Origin: Ranitomeya imitator
Lineage: Eukaryota
Assembly (NCBI RefSeq): GCF_032444005.1
Contig: NC_091286.1
Location: forward strand, 584,660,001 to 584,724,000
Direction of reading: 5' to 3'
DNA length: 64,000 nt
The position numbers were made by a program, and so were the translations under genes. The stretch's first letter is position 1. Each line of letters begins with the position of its first letter. Shown piece by piece: positions 1-12,100 of the stretch. The notes under the pieces were generated by a model, which worked only from the letters and a program-made list of their open reading frames with translations, was not told the DNA's origin and searched no databases.

Positions 1-414
1 AGATGACACACAGCAGGTATATACTATATACAGGGGAGATGACATACAGGTATATACTATATACAGGAGATGACATACAGGTGTATACTATATATAAGGG
101 AGATGCAAACATGTATATACTGAGGAGAAAATGAGGGGTGTGAGGTGAAAATGAAAAGGTGTGAGTGCAAAATGAGAGGAGCGAGGGAAAATAGTGGAAA
201 TGACAGATGTGAGGTCGAAATGACAAGTGTTAGGGGGGAATGAGGAGAGTGAAGGAGAAAATTAGAGGTGTGGGAGAAAATGAGAGATGTGAGAGGGAAA
301 ATGAAAGATGTGATTGGGAAAATGAGAGGTGTGATGGGAAAATAAGAGAAGTGAGGTGCTATAACTAACCACAGATATTTACTATGCCCAGGCAACGCCG
401 GGCTCTTCAGCTAG
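1..414 (+). mobile_element. Helitron-like element, 3' end
   Basis: Subterminal hairpin gcccaggcaacgccgggc (386-403), then CTAG (411-414) followed by T, which is the canonical Helitron terminus. Upstream are ~30-nt agatgacatacaggtatatactatatac repeats and purine-rich low-complexity DNA. Confidence 0.6.
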
Positions 415-712
415 TCATCAATAAAATGTATACATTTTTATTGCTCTGTGATCCAGTTTTCTGTTTTGGGTTATCACAATCAAAAAGAATGCATTGCAGG
501 TGGAGCACAAGGACATGCAGCAAGGAAACAAAAAGGGGGATTACACTCAGCCCAGACTCATGTCTTCTCAATGTGGATTGGTAGGCAATAAGGAGGAGGA
601 GGAGGAGAAAGAACAGGAGCTACTTTCATGCGCTATAGACGGTACTACAAACACATCTGTTTTAGCGTCTGTTCAGCGGGGATGACCTGAGGACAGGGAG
701 GAGGAGGACAGC

Positions 713-1416
713 ATGGTCAGTCATCCTGTTGGTGAGGACACGGAAGTCTTGCCTGTTAGCAGTCTGGCATGCATGGCTGACTTTATGTTGCGATGCATTT
801 CACGTGACCCTCGGATTATCAAAATTTTGGGTGACACTCATTACTGGTTGGTGACACTTCTAGACCCACGCTACAAGGAGAACTTTCAATCTCTTCTGCC
901 TGAGGCAGAGAGGTGTACTAAAATGTTGCAGTACAACAGGGCCTTGTAGCGGAATTAGTTAGAGAATTCCCATGTGAGAACACTGGCAGCAGACATCAAA
1001 GTTTGTTGTACAACCAAGGACTCTAAGCGAGAGAGACAGAAGTAAAATCCAGCACAGGCAGGGGAACAATGGCCAAGTTTTGGGACAGTTTTCTCAGACC
1101 CTCCCATCGTGGCGGCACAGAGGCAAGGGGTGCTGTCACAAGAAGTGCAATGTTTGGGAAGATGGTGAGGGAGTACCTTGCAGATTGTACAAACGTCCTC
1201 CGTGATTCCTCTGTGCCTTTTAATTATTGGGTATCCAAGCTGGACACGTGGCATGAACTGGTTCTCTACGCTTTGGAGGTCCTGGCCTGCCCTGCTGCTA
1301 GCGTTCTGTCAGAGAGGGTTTTTAGTGCCGCTGGTGGAATTATAACAGATAAGCGCATCCACCTGTCAACTGAAAATGCTGACAGGCTAACTCTTATCAA
1401 AATGAACACGGCCTGA
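713..1416 (+). pseudogene. hAT transposase C-terminal relic (dimerization domain)
   Basis: ORF 713-949 has YWLVTLLDPRYK. ORF 1069-1416 has PFNYW..WHELVLYALEVLACPAASVLSERVFSAAGGIITDKR..LIKMN, the hAT C-terminal signature. The reading frame is broken by stops. Confidence 0.85.
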
Positions 1417-1434
1417 ATTGGGAAAGACTTCTCT

Positions 1435-4400
1435 TAGACTCTAGACTTAGACTCTTCTCTTAGACTTCTATTAGACTCGAACAAAGACGACCCAGGAAAA
1501 CATACTCAGAAGGGAGGTAAGAACATTTCTAAAACAATCCACAGTGAGGAGATTGGAACAAAACAAAATCCTCTAAACTGCATGCTCGCAAACGCCAGAA
1601 GCCTGACAAACAAGATGGAAGAACTAGAAGCAGAAATATCTACAGGTAACTTTGACATAGTGGGAATAACCGAGACATGGTTAGATGAAAGCTATGACTG
1701 GGCAGTTAACTTACAGGGTTACAGTCTGTTTAGAAAGGATCGTAAAAATCGGAGAGGAGGAGGGGTTTGTCTCTATGTAAAGTCTTGTCTAAAGTCCACT
1801 TTAAGGGAGGATATTAGCGAAGGGAATGAGGATGTCGAGTCCATATGGGTTGAAATTCATGGAGGGAAAAATGGTAACAAAATTCTCATTGGGGTCTGTT
1901 ACAAACCCCCAAATATAACAGAAAGCATGGAAAGTCTACTTCTAAAGCAGATAGATGAAGCTGCAACCCATAATGAGGTCCTGGTTATGGGGGACTTTAA
2001 CTACCCGGATATTAACTGGGAAACAGAAACCTGTGAAACCCATAAAGGCAACAGGTTTCTGCTAATAACCAAGAAAAATTATCTTTCACAATTGGTGCAG
2101 AATCCAACCAGAGGAGCAGCACTTTTAGACCTAATACTATCTAATAGACCTGACAGAATAACAAATCTGCAGGTGGTTGGGCATTTAGGAAATAGCGACC
2201 ACAATATTGTGCAGTTTCACCTGTCTTTCACTAGGGGGACTTGTCAGGGAGTCACAAAAACATTGAACTTTAGGAAGGCAAAGTTTGAACAGCTTAGAGA
2301 TGCCCTTAATCTGGTAGACTGGGACAATATCCTCAGAAATGAGAATACAGATAATAAATGGGAAATGTTTAAGAACATCCTAAATAGGCAGTGTAAGCGG
2401 TTTATACCTTGTGGGAATAAAAGGACTAGAAATAGGAAAAACCCAATGTGGCTAAACAAAGAAGTAAGACAGGCAATTAACAGTAAAAAGAAAGCATTTG
2501 CACTACTAAAGCAGGATGGCACCATTGAAGCTCTAAAAAACTATAGGGAGAAAAATACTTTATCTAAAAAACTAATTAAAGCTGCCAAAAAGGAAACAGA
2601 GAAGCACATTGCTAAGGAGAGTAAAACTAATCCCAAACTGTTCTTCAACTATATCAATAGTAAAAGAATAAAAACTGAAAATGTAGGCCCCTTAAAAAAT
2701 AGTGAGGAAAGAATGGTTGTAGATGACGAGGAAAAAGCTAACATATTAAACACCTTCTTCTCCACGGTATTCACGGTGGAAAATGAAATGCTAGGTGAAA
2801 TCCCAAGAAACAATGAAAACCCTATATTAAGGGTCACCAATCTAACCCAAGAAGAGGTGCGAAACCGGCTAAATAAGATTAAAATAGATAAATCTCCGGG
2901 TCCGGATGGCATACACCCACGAGTACTAAGAGAACTAAGTAATGTAATAGATAAACCATTATTTCTTATTTTTAGTGACTCTATAGCGACAGGGTCTGTT
3001 CCGCAGGACTGGCGCATAGCAAATGTGGTGCCAATATTCAAAAAGGGCTCTAAAAGTGAACCTGGAAATTATAGGCCAGTAAGTCTAACCTCTATTGTTG
3101 GTAAAATATTTGAAGGGTTTCTGAGGGATGTTATTCTGGATTATCTCAATGAGAATAACTGTTTAACTCCATATCAGCATGGGTTTATGAGAAATCGCTC
3201 CTGTCAAACCAATCTAATCAGTTTTTATGAAGAGGTAAGCTATAGGCTGGACCACGGTGAGTCATTGGACGTGGTATATCTCGATTTTTCCAAAGCGTTT
3301 GATACCGTGCCGCACAAGAGGTTGGTACACAAAATGAGAATGCTTGGTCTGGGGGAAAATGTGTGCAAATGGGTTAGTAACTGGCTTAGTGATAGAAAGC
3401 AGAGGGTGGTTATAAATGGTATAGTCTCTAACTGGGTCGCTGTGACCAGTGGGGTACCGCAGGGGTCAGTATTGGGACCTGTTCTCTTCAACATATTCAT
3501 TAATGATCTGGTAGAAGGTTTACACAGTAAAATATCGATATTTGCAGATGATACAAAACTATGTAAAGCAGTTAATACAAGAGAAGATAGTATTCTGCTA
3601 CAGATGGATCTGGATAAGTTGGAAACTTGGGCTGAAAGGTGGCAGATGAGGTTTAACAATGATAAATGTAAGGTTATACACATGGGAAGAGGGAATCAAT
3701 ATCACCATTACACACTGAACGGGAAACCACTGGGTAAATCTGACAGGGAGAAGGACTTGGGGATCCTAGTTAATGATAAACTTACCTGGAGCAGCCAGTG
3801 CCAGGCAGCAGCTGCCAAGGCAAACAGGATCATGGGGTGCATTAAAAGAGGTCTGGATACACATGATGAGAGCATTATACTGCCTCTGTACAAATCCCTA
3901 GTTAGACCGCACATGGAGTACTGTGTCCAGTTTTGGGCACCGGTGCTCAGGAAGGATATAATGGAACTAGAGAGAGTACAAAGGAGGGCAACAAAATTAA
4001 TAAAGGGGATGGGAGAACTATAATACCCAGATAGATTAGCGAAATTAGGATTATTTAGTCTAGAAAAAAGACGACTGAGGGGCGATCTAATAACCATGTA
4101 TAAGTATATAAGGGGACAATACAAATATCTCGCTGAGGATCTGTTTATACCAAGGAAGGTGACGGGCACAAGGGGGCATTCTTTGCGTCTGGAGGAGAGA
4201 AGGTTTTTCCACCAACATAGAAGAGGATTCTTTACTGTTAGGCCAGTGAGAATCTGGAATTGCTTGCCTGAGGAGGTGGTGATGGCGAACTCAGTCGAGG
4301 GGTTCAAGAGAGGCCTGGATGTCTTCCTGGAGCAGAACAATATTGTATCATACAATTATTAGGTTCTGTAGAAGGACGTAGATCTGGGTATTTATTATAA

Positions 4401-4474
4401 TGGAATATAGGCTGAACTGGATGGACAAATGTCTTTTTTCGGCCTTACTAACTATGTTACTATGTTACTATGTT
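1435..4474 (+). mobile_element. CR1-clade LINE, 5'-truncated, inserted just after the hAT ORF
   Basis: APE+RT ORF2 and a 3' tail (actatgtt)x3 at 4451-4474. A short ttctct/ctct duplication flanks it (1429-1434 and 4473-4478). Confidence 0.9.
1582..4362 (+). pseudogene. CR1 ORF2 (endonuclease + reverse transcriptase) with one in-frame stop at 4021-4023
   Basis: Motifs NARSL, GITETW, MGDFN, SDHN, GVPQGSVLGP and FADD. The frame continues after TAA 4021 into the ORF annotated 4096-4362 (LFSLEKRRLRGDLI). Confidence 0.9.
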
Positions 4475-4669
4475 CTCTACACCACCAAGTGAAAACAGCG
4501 AAACATAATCTCAAATACATTCTCTCTTTTGGGGAGGTGTATAGTCATGCACCTCTTCACAACCACACATGGGTATATGCTTCCAGATTTGTTTTTATCC
4601 TCCTCCTTATCCTCATCCTCCTTATCCAGAACCACTGTATCACCAGGGTGCACGTGGTCTGTACGGTGC

Positions 4670-5026
4670 AAATTGGCCATGGGTGCTGTGATGGCACTTT
4701 TAGTTTAAAAAAAAAGGATTTTACATTGAAGAATTGGGCATGACATTACATTGGGCCGACTTCTTAACTCTGTCTCCTGCAATCTGTCCTGTACCTGCCA
4801 GTAGATCACCAGGGAGAACGTGCTCTGTACGGTGCTCGTTTGCCAAGGGGCCTGTGATGGCACTCTTTTATATAAAAAAAAAGGATTTTACATTGGGGAA
4901 TTGGGCATGACATTTCTTTGGGCCTACTTCTTAACTCTGTCTCCTGCAATCTGTCCTGTACCTGCCAGTAGATCACCAGGGTGACCGTGGTCTGTGCGGT
5001 GCATTTTGGCCAAGGGGACTGTGATG
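4670..5026. repeat. ~165-bp tandem repeat (probable hAT subterminal array), left part
   Basis: Recurring unit ctgtgatggcact..aggattttacattggggaattgggcatgaca..tgtctcctgcaatctgtcctgtacctgccagtagatcaccaggg. It is interrupted by Gypsy A and resumes at 15616. Confidence 0.8.
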
Positions 5027-5837
5027 TGTTGTGAATTCTGTGGCAGAGCTCCCTCCTGTGGTCACAAGTGGTACTTCGGCTGGTTCTCTCTGTGAGCTTC
5101 TGTTGGTGGAGGAAAGTGGTACTGCGGCTTCTGAGTTTCCTTCCTCAGGTGATGTGGTGAAGTCGTTAGGTGCTGCTCTATTTAACTCCACCTAGTGCTT
5201 TGATCCTGGCCTCCAGTCAATGTTCTAGTATTGGACCTGTTTCCTCCTGGATCGTTCCTGTGGCCTGCTGCTCTGCATAGCTAAGTTCCTCTTTGCTATT
5301 TGTTTGCTGTTTTTTTCTGTCCAGCTTGTCAATTTGTTTTTTTCTGCTTGCTGGAAGCTCTGGGACGCAGAGGGTGTACCTCCGTGCCGTCAGTTCGGTA
5401 CGGAGGGTCTTTTTGCCCCCTTTGCGTGGTGTTTGTAGGGTTTTGTGTTGACTGCAAAGTTACCTTTCCTATCCTCGCTCTGTTCAGAAAGTTGGGCCTC
5501 ACTTTGCTAAATCTATTTCATCTCTACGTTTGTCTTTTCATCTTTACTCACAGTCATTATATGTGGGGGCTGCCTTTTCCTTTGGGGTATTTCTCTCAGG
5601 CAAGGTAGGCTTATTTTCTATCTTCAGGCTAGCTAGTTTCTCAGGCCGTGCCGAGTTGCATAGGGAGCGTTAGGCGCAATCCACGGCTGCCTTTAGTGTG
5701 GTTGGAGAGGATTAGGGATTGCGGTCAACAGAGTTCCCACGTCTCAGAGCTTGTTCTTGTTTTTTGGGTTATTGCCAGGTCACTGTATGTGCGCTGACCT
5801 CTATGTCCATTGTGGTACTGAATTACCTTTCGTAACA
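5027..5837 (+). repeat. Gypsy A 5' LTR
   Basis: tgttgtg...gtaaca with a TATA-like tatttaa at 5179. About 9 substitutions by eye versus the reassembled 3' LTR. Confidence 0.95.
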
Positions 5838-5973
5838 GTACTGGAGGCCAAAAGTACTAATGATTCCCAATAGAGGGAAAAAAGAAGTTCTGAGACCATT
5901 TTTTTTTCTTTGCACTGTGTTTTGCCTTTTTTTTCCCCTAGACATTTGGGTGGTTCAGGACACAGGTGTAGCA

Positions 5974-8592
5974 ATGGACATTAAAGGTCTGTCTTCATGT
6001 GTGGATCAGCTAACGGCAAGAGTACAAAGTATTCAAGACTTTGTGGTTCAGAATTCTATGTTAGAACCGAGAATTCCTATTCCTGATTTGTTTTTTGGAG
6101 ATAGAACTAAATTTCTGAGTTTCAAAAATAATTGTAAACTATTTCTGGATTTGAAACCTCGCTCCTCTGGTGACCCAGTTCAACAAGTTAGGATCGTTAT
6201 TTCTTTTTTGCGTGGCGACCCTCAGGACTGGGCATTTTCTCTTGCGTCAGGAGATCCTGCATTAAGTAATATCGATGCATTTTTCCTGGCGCTCGGATTG
6301 CTGTACGATGAGCCTAATTCTGTGGATCAGGCAGAGAAGAATTTGCTGGCTCTGTGTCAGGGTCAGGATGAAATAGAGGTATATTGTCAGAAATTTAGAA
6401 AGTGGTCCGTACTCACTCAGTGGAATGAAGGTGCGCTCGCAGCTATTTTCAGAAAAGGTCTCTCTGAAGCCCTTAAGGATGTCATGGTGGGATTTCCTAT
6501 GCCTGCTGGTCTGAATGAGTCTATGTCTTTGGCCATTCAGATTGGTCGACGCTTGCGCGAGCGTAAATCTGTGCACCATTTGGCGGTATTACCTGAGCTT
6601 AAACCTGAGCCTATGCAGTGCGATAGGACTTTGACCAGAGTTGAACGGCAAGAACACAGACGTCTGAATGGGCTGTGTTTCTACTGTGGTGATTCCACTC
6701 ATGCTATCTCTGATTGTCCTAAGCGCACTAAGCGGTTCGCTAGGTCAGCCACCATTGGTACGGTACAGTCAAAATTTCTTCTGTCTGTTACCTTGATCTA
6801 CTCTTTGTCATCGTATTCTGTCATGGCATTTGTGGACTCAGGCGCTGCTCTGAATTTGATGGACTTGGAGTATGCTAGGCGTTGTGGGTTTTTCTTGGAG
6901 CCCTTGCAGTGTCCTATTCCATTGAGAGGAATTGATGCTACGCCTTTGGCCAAGACTAAGCCTCAGTACTGGACCCAGCTGACCATGTGCATGGCTCCTG
7001 CACATCAGGAGGTTATTCGCTTTCTGGTGTTGCATAATCTGCATGATGTGGTCGTGCTGGGGTTGCCATGGCTACAAGTCCATAATCCAGTATTAGATTG
7101 GAAATCCATGTCTGTGTCCAGCTGGGGTTGTCAGGGGGTACATGGTGATGTCCCATTTCTGATTATTTCATCATCCACCCCTTCTGAGGTTCCTGAGTTC
7201 TTGTCTGATTACCGGGATTTATTTGATGAGCCCAAGTCCGATACCCTACCTCCGCATAGGGATTGTGATTGTGCTATCGATTTGATTCCTGGTAGTAAAT
7301 TCCCAAAAGGTCGACTGTTTAATTTATCTGTGCCTGAGCACGCCGCTATGCGGAGTTATGTGAAGGAGTCTTTGGAGAAGGGGCATATTCGCCCGTCATC
7401 GTCGCCATTAGGAGCAGGGTTCTTTTTTGTAGCCAAGAAGGATGGTTCACTGAGACCTTGTATAGATTACCGCCTTCTAAATAAGAGCACGGTTAAATTT
7501 CAGTACCCCTTGCCATTGTTATCTGATTTGTTTGCTCGGATTAAGGGGGCTAGTTGGTTCACCAAGATAGATCTTCGTGGTGCGTATAATCTTGTGCGTA
7601 TTAAGCGAGGCGATGAGTGGAAAACTGCATTTAATACGCCCGAGGGCCATTTTGAGTATCTAGTAATGCCATTCGGACTTGCCAATGCTCCATCAGTGTT
7701 TCAGTCCTTTATGCATGACATCTTCCGAGAGTACCTGGATAAATTCCTGATTGTGTACTTAGATGACATTTTGATCTTCTCGGATGATTGGGAGTCTCAT
7801 GTGAAGCAGGTTAGAACGGTGTTTCAGGTCCTGCGTGCTAATTCTTTGTTTGTGAAGGGATCAAAGTGTCTCTTTGGTGTTCAGAAGGTTTCATTTTTGG
7901 GGTTCATCTTTTCCCCTTCTACTATCGAGATGGACCCTGTTAAGGTCCAAGCCATCCATAATTGGACTCAGCCGACATCTCTGAAAAGTCTGCAAAAGTT
8001 CCTGGGCTTTGCTAATTTTTATCGTCGCTTCATCTGCAATTTTTCTAGTATTGCTAAACCATTGACCGATTTGACCAAGAAAGGTGCTGATTTGGTCAAT
8101 TGGTCTTCTGCTGCGGTGGAAGCTTTTCAAGAGTTGAAGCGTCGTTTTTCTTCTGCCCCTGTGTTGTGTCAACCAGATGTTTCGCTTCCGTTCCAGGTCG
8201 AGGTTGATGCTTCTGAGATTGGAGCAGGGGCTGATTTGTCGCAGAGAAGTTCTGATTGCTCGGTGATGAAACCATGCGCCTTCTTTTCCAGGAAGTTTTC
8301 GCCTGCTGAGCGAAATTATGATGTGGGCAATCGAGAGTTGCTGGCCATGAAGTGGGCATTCAAGGAGTGGCGTCATTGGCTTGAAGGAGCTAAGCATCGC
8401 GTGGTGGTCTTGACTGATCATAAGAACTTGACTTATCTCGAGTCCGCCAAGCGGTTGAATCCTAGACAAGCTCGTTGGTCGTTGTTTTTTGCCCGTTTTG
8501 ACTTTGTGATTTCATACCTTCCGGGCTCTAAAAATGTGAAGGCGGATGCTCTGTCTAGGAGTTTTTCTCCGGGTGTATCTGAGCCGGCGGGT
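5974..8592 (+). pseudogene. Gypsy A gag-protease-RT-RNaseH, truncated by internal deletion
   Basis: Zinc knuckle CFYCGDSTHAISDC, protease FVDSGA, RT YLDD, RNase H VDAS/TDHKNL. Likely start MDIKG at 5974, within the ORF 5860-8667. Confidence 0.9.
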
Positions 8593-9069
8593 GGGTCCCC
8601 GACTTCGGGTTGGGGACTTGGTTTGGTTATCTTCTCGTCATATTCCTATGAAGGTTTCCTCTCCTAAGTTTAAACCTCGTTTTATTGGTCCGTATAGGAT
8701 TTCTGAGGTTCTTAATCCTGTGTCTTTTCGTCTGACCCTTCCAGATTCTTTTTCCATACATAATGTATTCCATAGGTCATTGTTGCGGAGATACGTGGCA
8801 CCTATGGTTCCATCTGTTGATCCTCCTGCCCCGGTTTTGGTGGAGGGGGAGTTGGAGGATATTGTGGAGAAGATTTTGGATTCTCGTGTTTCAAGGCGGA
8901 AACTCCAGTATCTGGTTAAGTGGAAGGGTTATCCTCAGGAAGATAATTCCTGGGTCTTTGCCTCTGATGTCCATGCTCCCGATCTTGTTCGTGCCTTTCA
9001 TATGGCTCATCCTGGTTGTCCTGGGAGCTCTGGTGAGGGTTCGGTGACCCCTCCTCAAGGGGGGGGTAC
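8593..9069 (+). pseudogene. Gypsy A integrase C-terminus (GPY/F + chromodomain), out of frame after the deletion
   Basis: KPRFIGPYRI and IVEKILDSR..QYLVKWKGYPQEDNSW occur in ORF 8546-9250. Confidence 0.85.
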
Positions 9070-9131
9070 TGTTGTGAATTCTGTGGCAGAGCTCCCTCCT
9101 GTGGTCACAAGTGGTACTTCGGCTGGTTCTC

Positions 9132-12100
9132 TGTTGTGGATTCTGTTTTTGGGCTCCCTCTGGTGGTTACAGATGGTACTGGGTGACTTGTGTTTTCTGC
9201 GGTCTCTGGTGTCCACCTGTTCTATCAGGATATGGGAGTTTCCTATTTAACCTGGCTTTCTTGTCATTTCCTCGCCGGCTATCAATGTAATCAGTGTGTC
9301 TTGTTACCTCTGCTTCCCGCTTCTGTAATCTTCAGGACAAGCTAAGTTTTTGATTTTCCTGTTCCACGTTTTGCTTAATTTTTGTCTTAGTCCAGCTTGC
9401 AGATATGTGATTCCTTTTTGCTGGTTGCTCTAGTGGGCTGATATTACTCCTCATGTTCCATGAGTTGGCACATGAGTTCAAGTAATTTCAGGATGGTTTT
9501 TTTGTAGGGTTTTTCGCTGACCGCGCAGTTCACTTTTGTATCCTCTGCTATCTAGCTTTAGCGGGCCTCATTTTGCTGAATCTGTCTTCATAACTACGTA
9601 TGTGCTTTCCTCTCATTTCACCGTCATTACATGTGGGGGGCTGCTATTTCTGTGGGGTGTTTCTCTGGAGGCAAGAGAGGTCTGTGTTTCTTCTAATAGG
9701 GGAAGTTAGTCCTTCGGCTGGCGCGAGACGTCTAGGAATCATTGTAGGCACGTTCCCCGGCTACAGCAAGTTGTGTGTTTAGGTTCAGGATCGCGGTCAG
9801 CTCAGTTTCCATCACCCTAGAGCTTGTTTTGTTTTTTGTGCTTGTCCTTTTGTGATTCCCTGCCTTTGGGATCATGACAGTATAGCCGGACAAAAAGTGG
9901 TAATCGTATTGGCTGAAGTAGGAGGAAAAGTAGTCTGAGGAAGTTTTTTTTTTTTTTTTTTCCCCCTCAGAGTTTGCTGCCTAGCCTTAATTGCAGCCTG
10001 GCTGCGTCTTACCTCCTCTTAATCCTTGAATGGCTCTGACCTCAGCTGTTTATCATGGACATCCAGAGTTTGGCTTCCAGCCTGAATAATCTTGCTGCTA
10101 AGGTTCAAAATATACAAGATTTTGTTGTACATGCTCCTATGTCTGAACCTAGAATTCCTATCCCAGAGTTTTTTTCTGGAGATAGATCTAGTTTTCTGAA
10201 TTTTAGGAACAATTGCAAGTTGTTTCTTTCTTTGAAATCTCGCTCCTCTGGAGACCCTGCTCAGCAAGTCAAAATTGTTATATCTTTCCTGCGGGGTGAC
10301 CCTCAGAATTGGGCATTTGCATTGGCACCAGGGGATCCTGCGTTGCTCAATGTGGATGCGTTTTTTCTGGCATTGGGTTTGCTCTATGAGGAACCTAACC
10401 TAGAGATTCAGGCTGAAAAAGCTTTATTGGCTCTCTCTCAGGGGCAAGATGAAGCAGAAATATATTGTCAGAAATTTCGGAAATGGTCGGTGCTTACTCA
10501 GTGGAATGAGTGCGCCCTGGCTGCAAGATTCAGAGATGGCCTTTCTGAGGCCATTAAAGATGTTATGGTGGGGTTCCCTGCGCCTACAGGTCTGAATGAG
10601 TCTATGACTATGGCTATTCAGATTGATCGGCGTTTACGGGAGCGCAAACCTGTGCACCATTTGGCGGTGTCTTCTGAACAGGCACCTGAGACAATGCAAT
10701 GTGATAGAATTCAGTCCAGAAGTGAACGGCAAAACTATAGGCGAAAAAATGGGTTGTGTTTTTATTGTGGTGATTCAGCTCATGTTATATCAGCATGCTC
10801 TAAACGCACAAAAAAGGTTGATAAGTCTGTTGCCATTAGTACTTTACAGTCTAAGTTCATTCTGTCTGTGACTCTGATTTGTTCATTATCAGCCATTTCC
10901 GTCGATGCCTATGTGGATTCAGGCGCTGCCCTGAGTCTTATGGATTGGTCATTTGCCAACCGCTGTGGGTTTAGTCTGGAGCCTCTGGAAATCCCTATTC
11001 CTTTGAAAGGAATTGACTCTACACCTTTGGCTATGAACAAACCTCAGTACTGGACACAAGTGACCATGCGTATGACTCCCGTTCATCAGGAGGTGATTCG
11101 CTTCCTGGTACTGTATAATTTACATGATGTCTTAGTGCTTGGTCTGCCATGGTTACAAACTCATAACCCAGTCTTGGACTGGAAAACGATGTCTGTGTTA
11201 AGCTGGGGATGTCAGGGGGTTCATGATGATGCACCTCCGATTTCTATCGCTTCATCTACTCCTTCTGAGGTTCCTGTATTTTTGTCTGATTATCGGGATG
11301 TTTTTGAGGAGCCTAAGCTCAATTTGCTTCCTCCTCACAGGGATTGCGATTGTGCTATAGATTTGATTCCTGGCAGTAAATTTCCTAAAGGACGTTTGTT
11401 CAATCTGTCAGTGCCAGAGCATACTGCTATGCGGGATTATGTTAAGGAGTCCTTGGAAAAGGGACATATCCGTCCATCTTCGTCCCCTTTGGGAGCAGGT
11501 TTTTTTTTCGTGGCCAAAAAAGATGGTTCCTTGAGGCCTTGTATAGATTACCGTCTTTTGAATAAGATTACAGTCAAATATCAGTATCCTTTGCCATTGT
11601 TGACTGATTTGTTTGCTCGCATTAAGGGGGCTAAATGGTTCACTAAGATTGATCTTCGGGGTGCGTATAATCTTGTGCGGATAAAGCAGGGTGATGAGTG
11701 GAAAACCGCATTTAATACGCCTGAGGGCCATTTTGAGTATTTGGTGATGCCTTTTGGACTTTCTAATGCTCCTTCTGTCTTCCAGTCCTTTATGCACGAT
11801 ATTTTCCGTGAATATCTGGATAAATTTATGATTGTGTATTTGGATGATGTTTTGGTTTTTTCTGATGACTGGGAGTCCCATGTTCAGCAGGTCAGGAAGG
11901 TGTTTCAGGTCCTGCGGGCCAATTCTTTGTTTGTAAAGGGTTCTAAATGTCTCTTTGGAGTCCAGAAGATTTCTTTTTTGGGGTATATTTTTTCCCCTTC
12001 TACTATTGAGATGGATCCTGTCAAGGTTCAGGCTATTTGTGACTGGACGCAGCCTACATCTCTTAAGAGTCTACAGAAGTTCTTGGGCTTTGCTAATTTT

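Noticed and set aside
57-395. 112-aa hydrophobic ORF
   Set aside because: It is the reverse strand of purine-rich low-complexity Helitron sequence.
5838-5860. tRNA primer-binding site for Gypsy A or B
   Set aside because: Neither starts with TGG next to the LTR. Complementarity to the element's own LTR explains them better.
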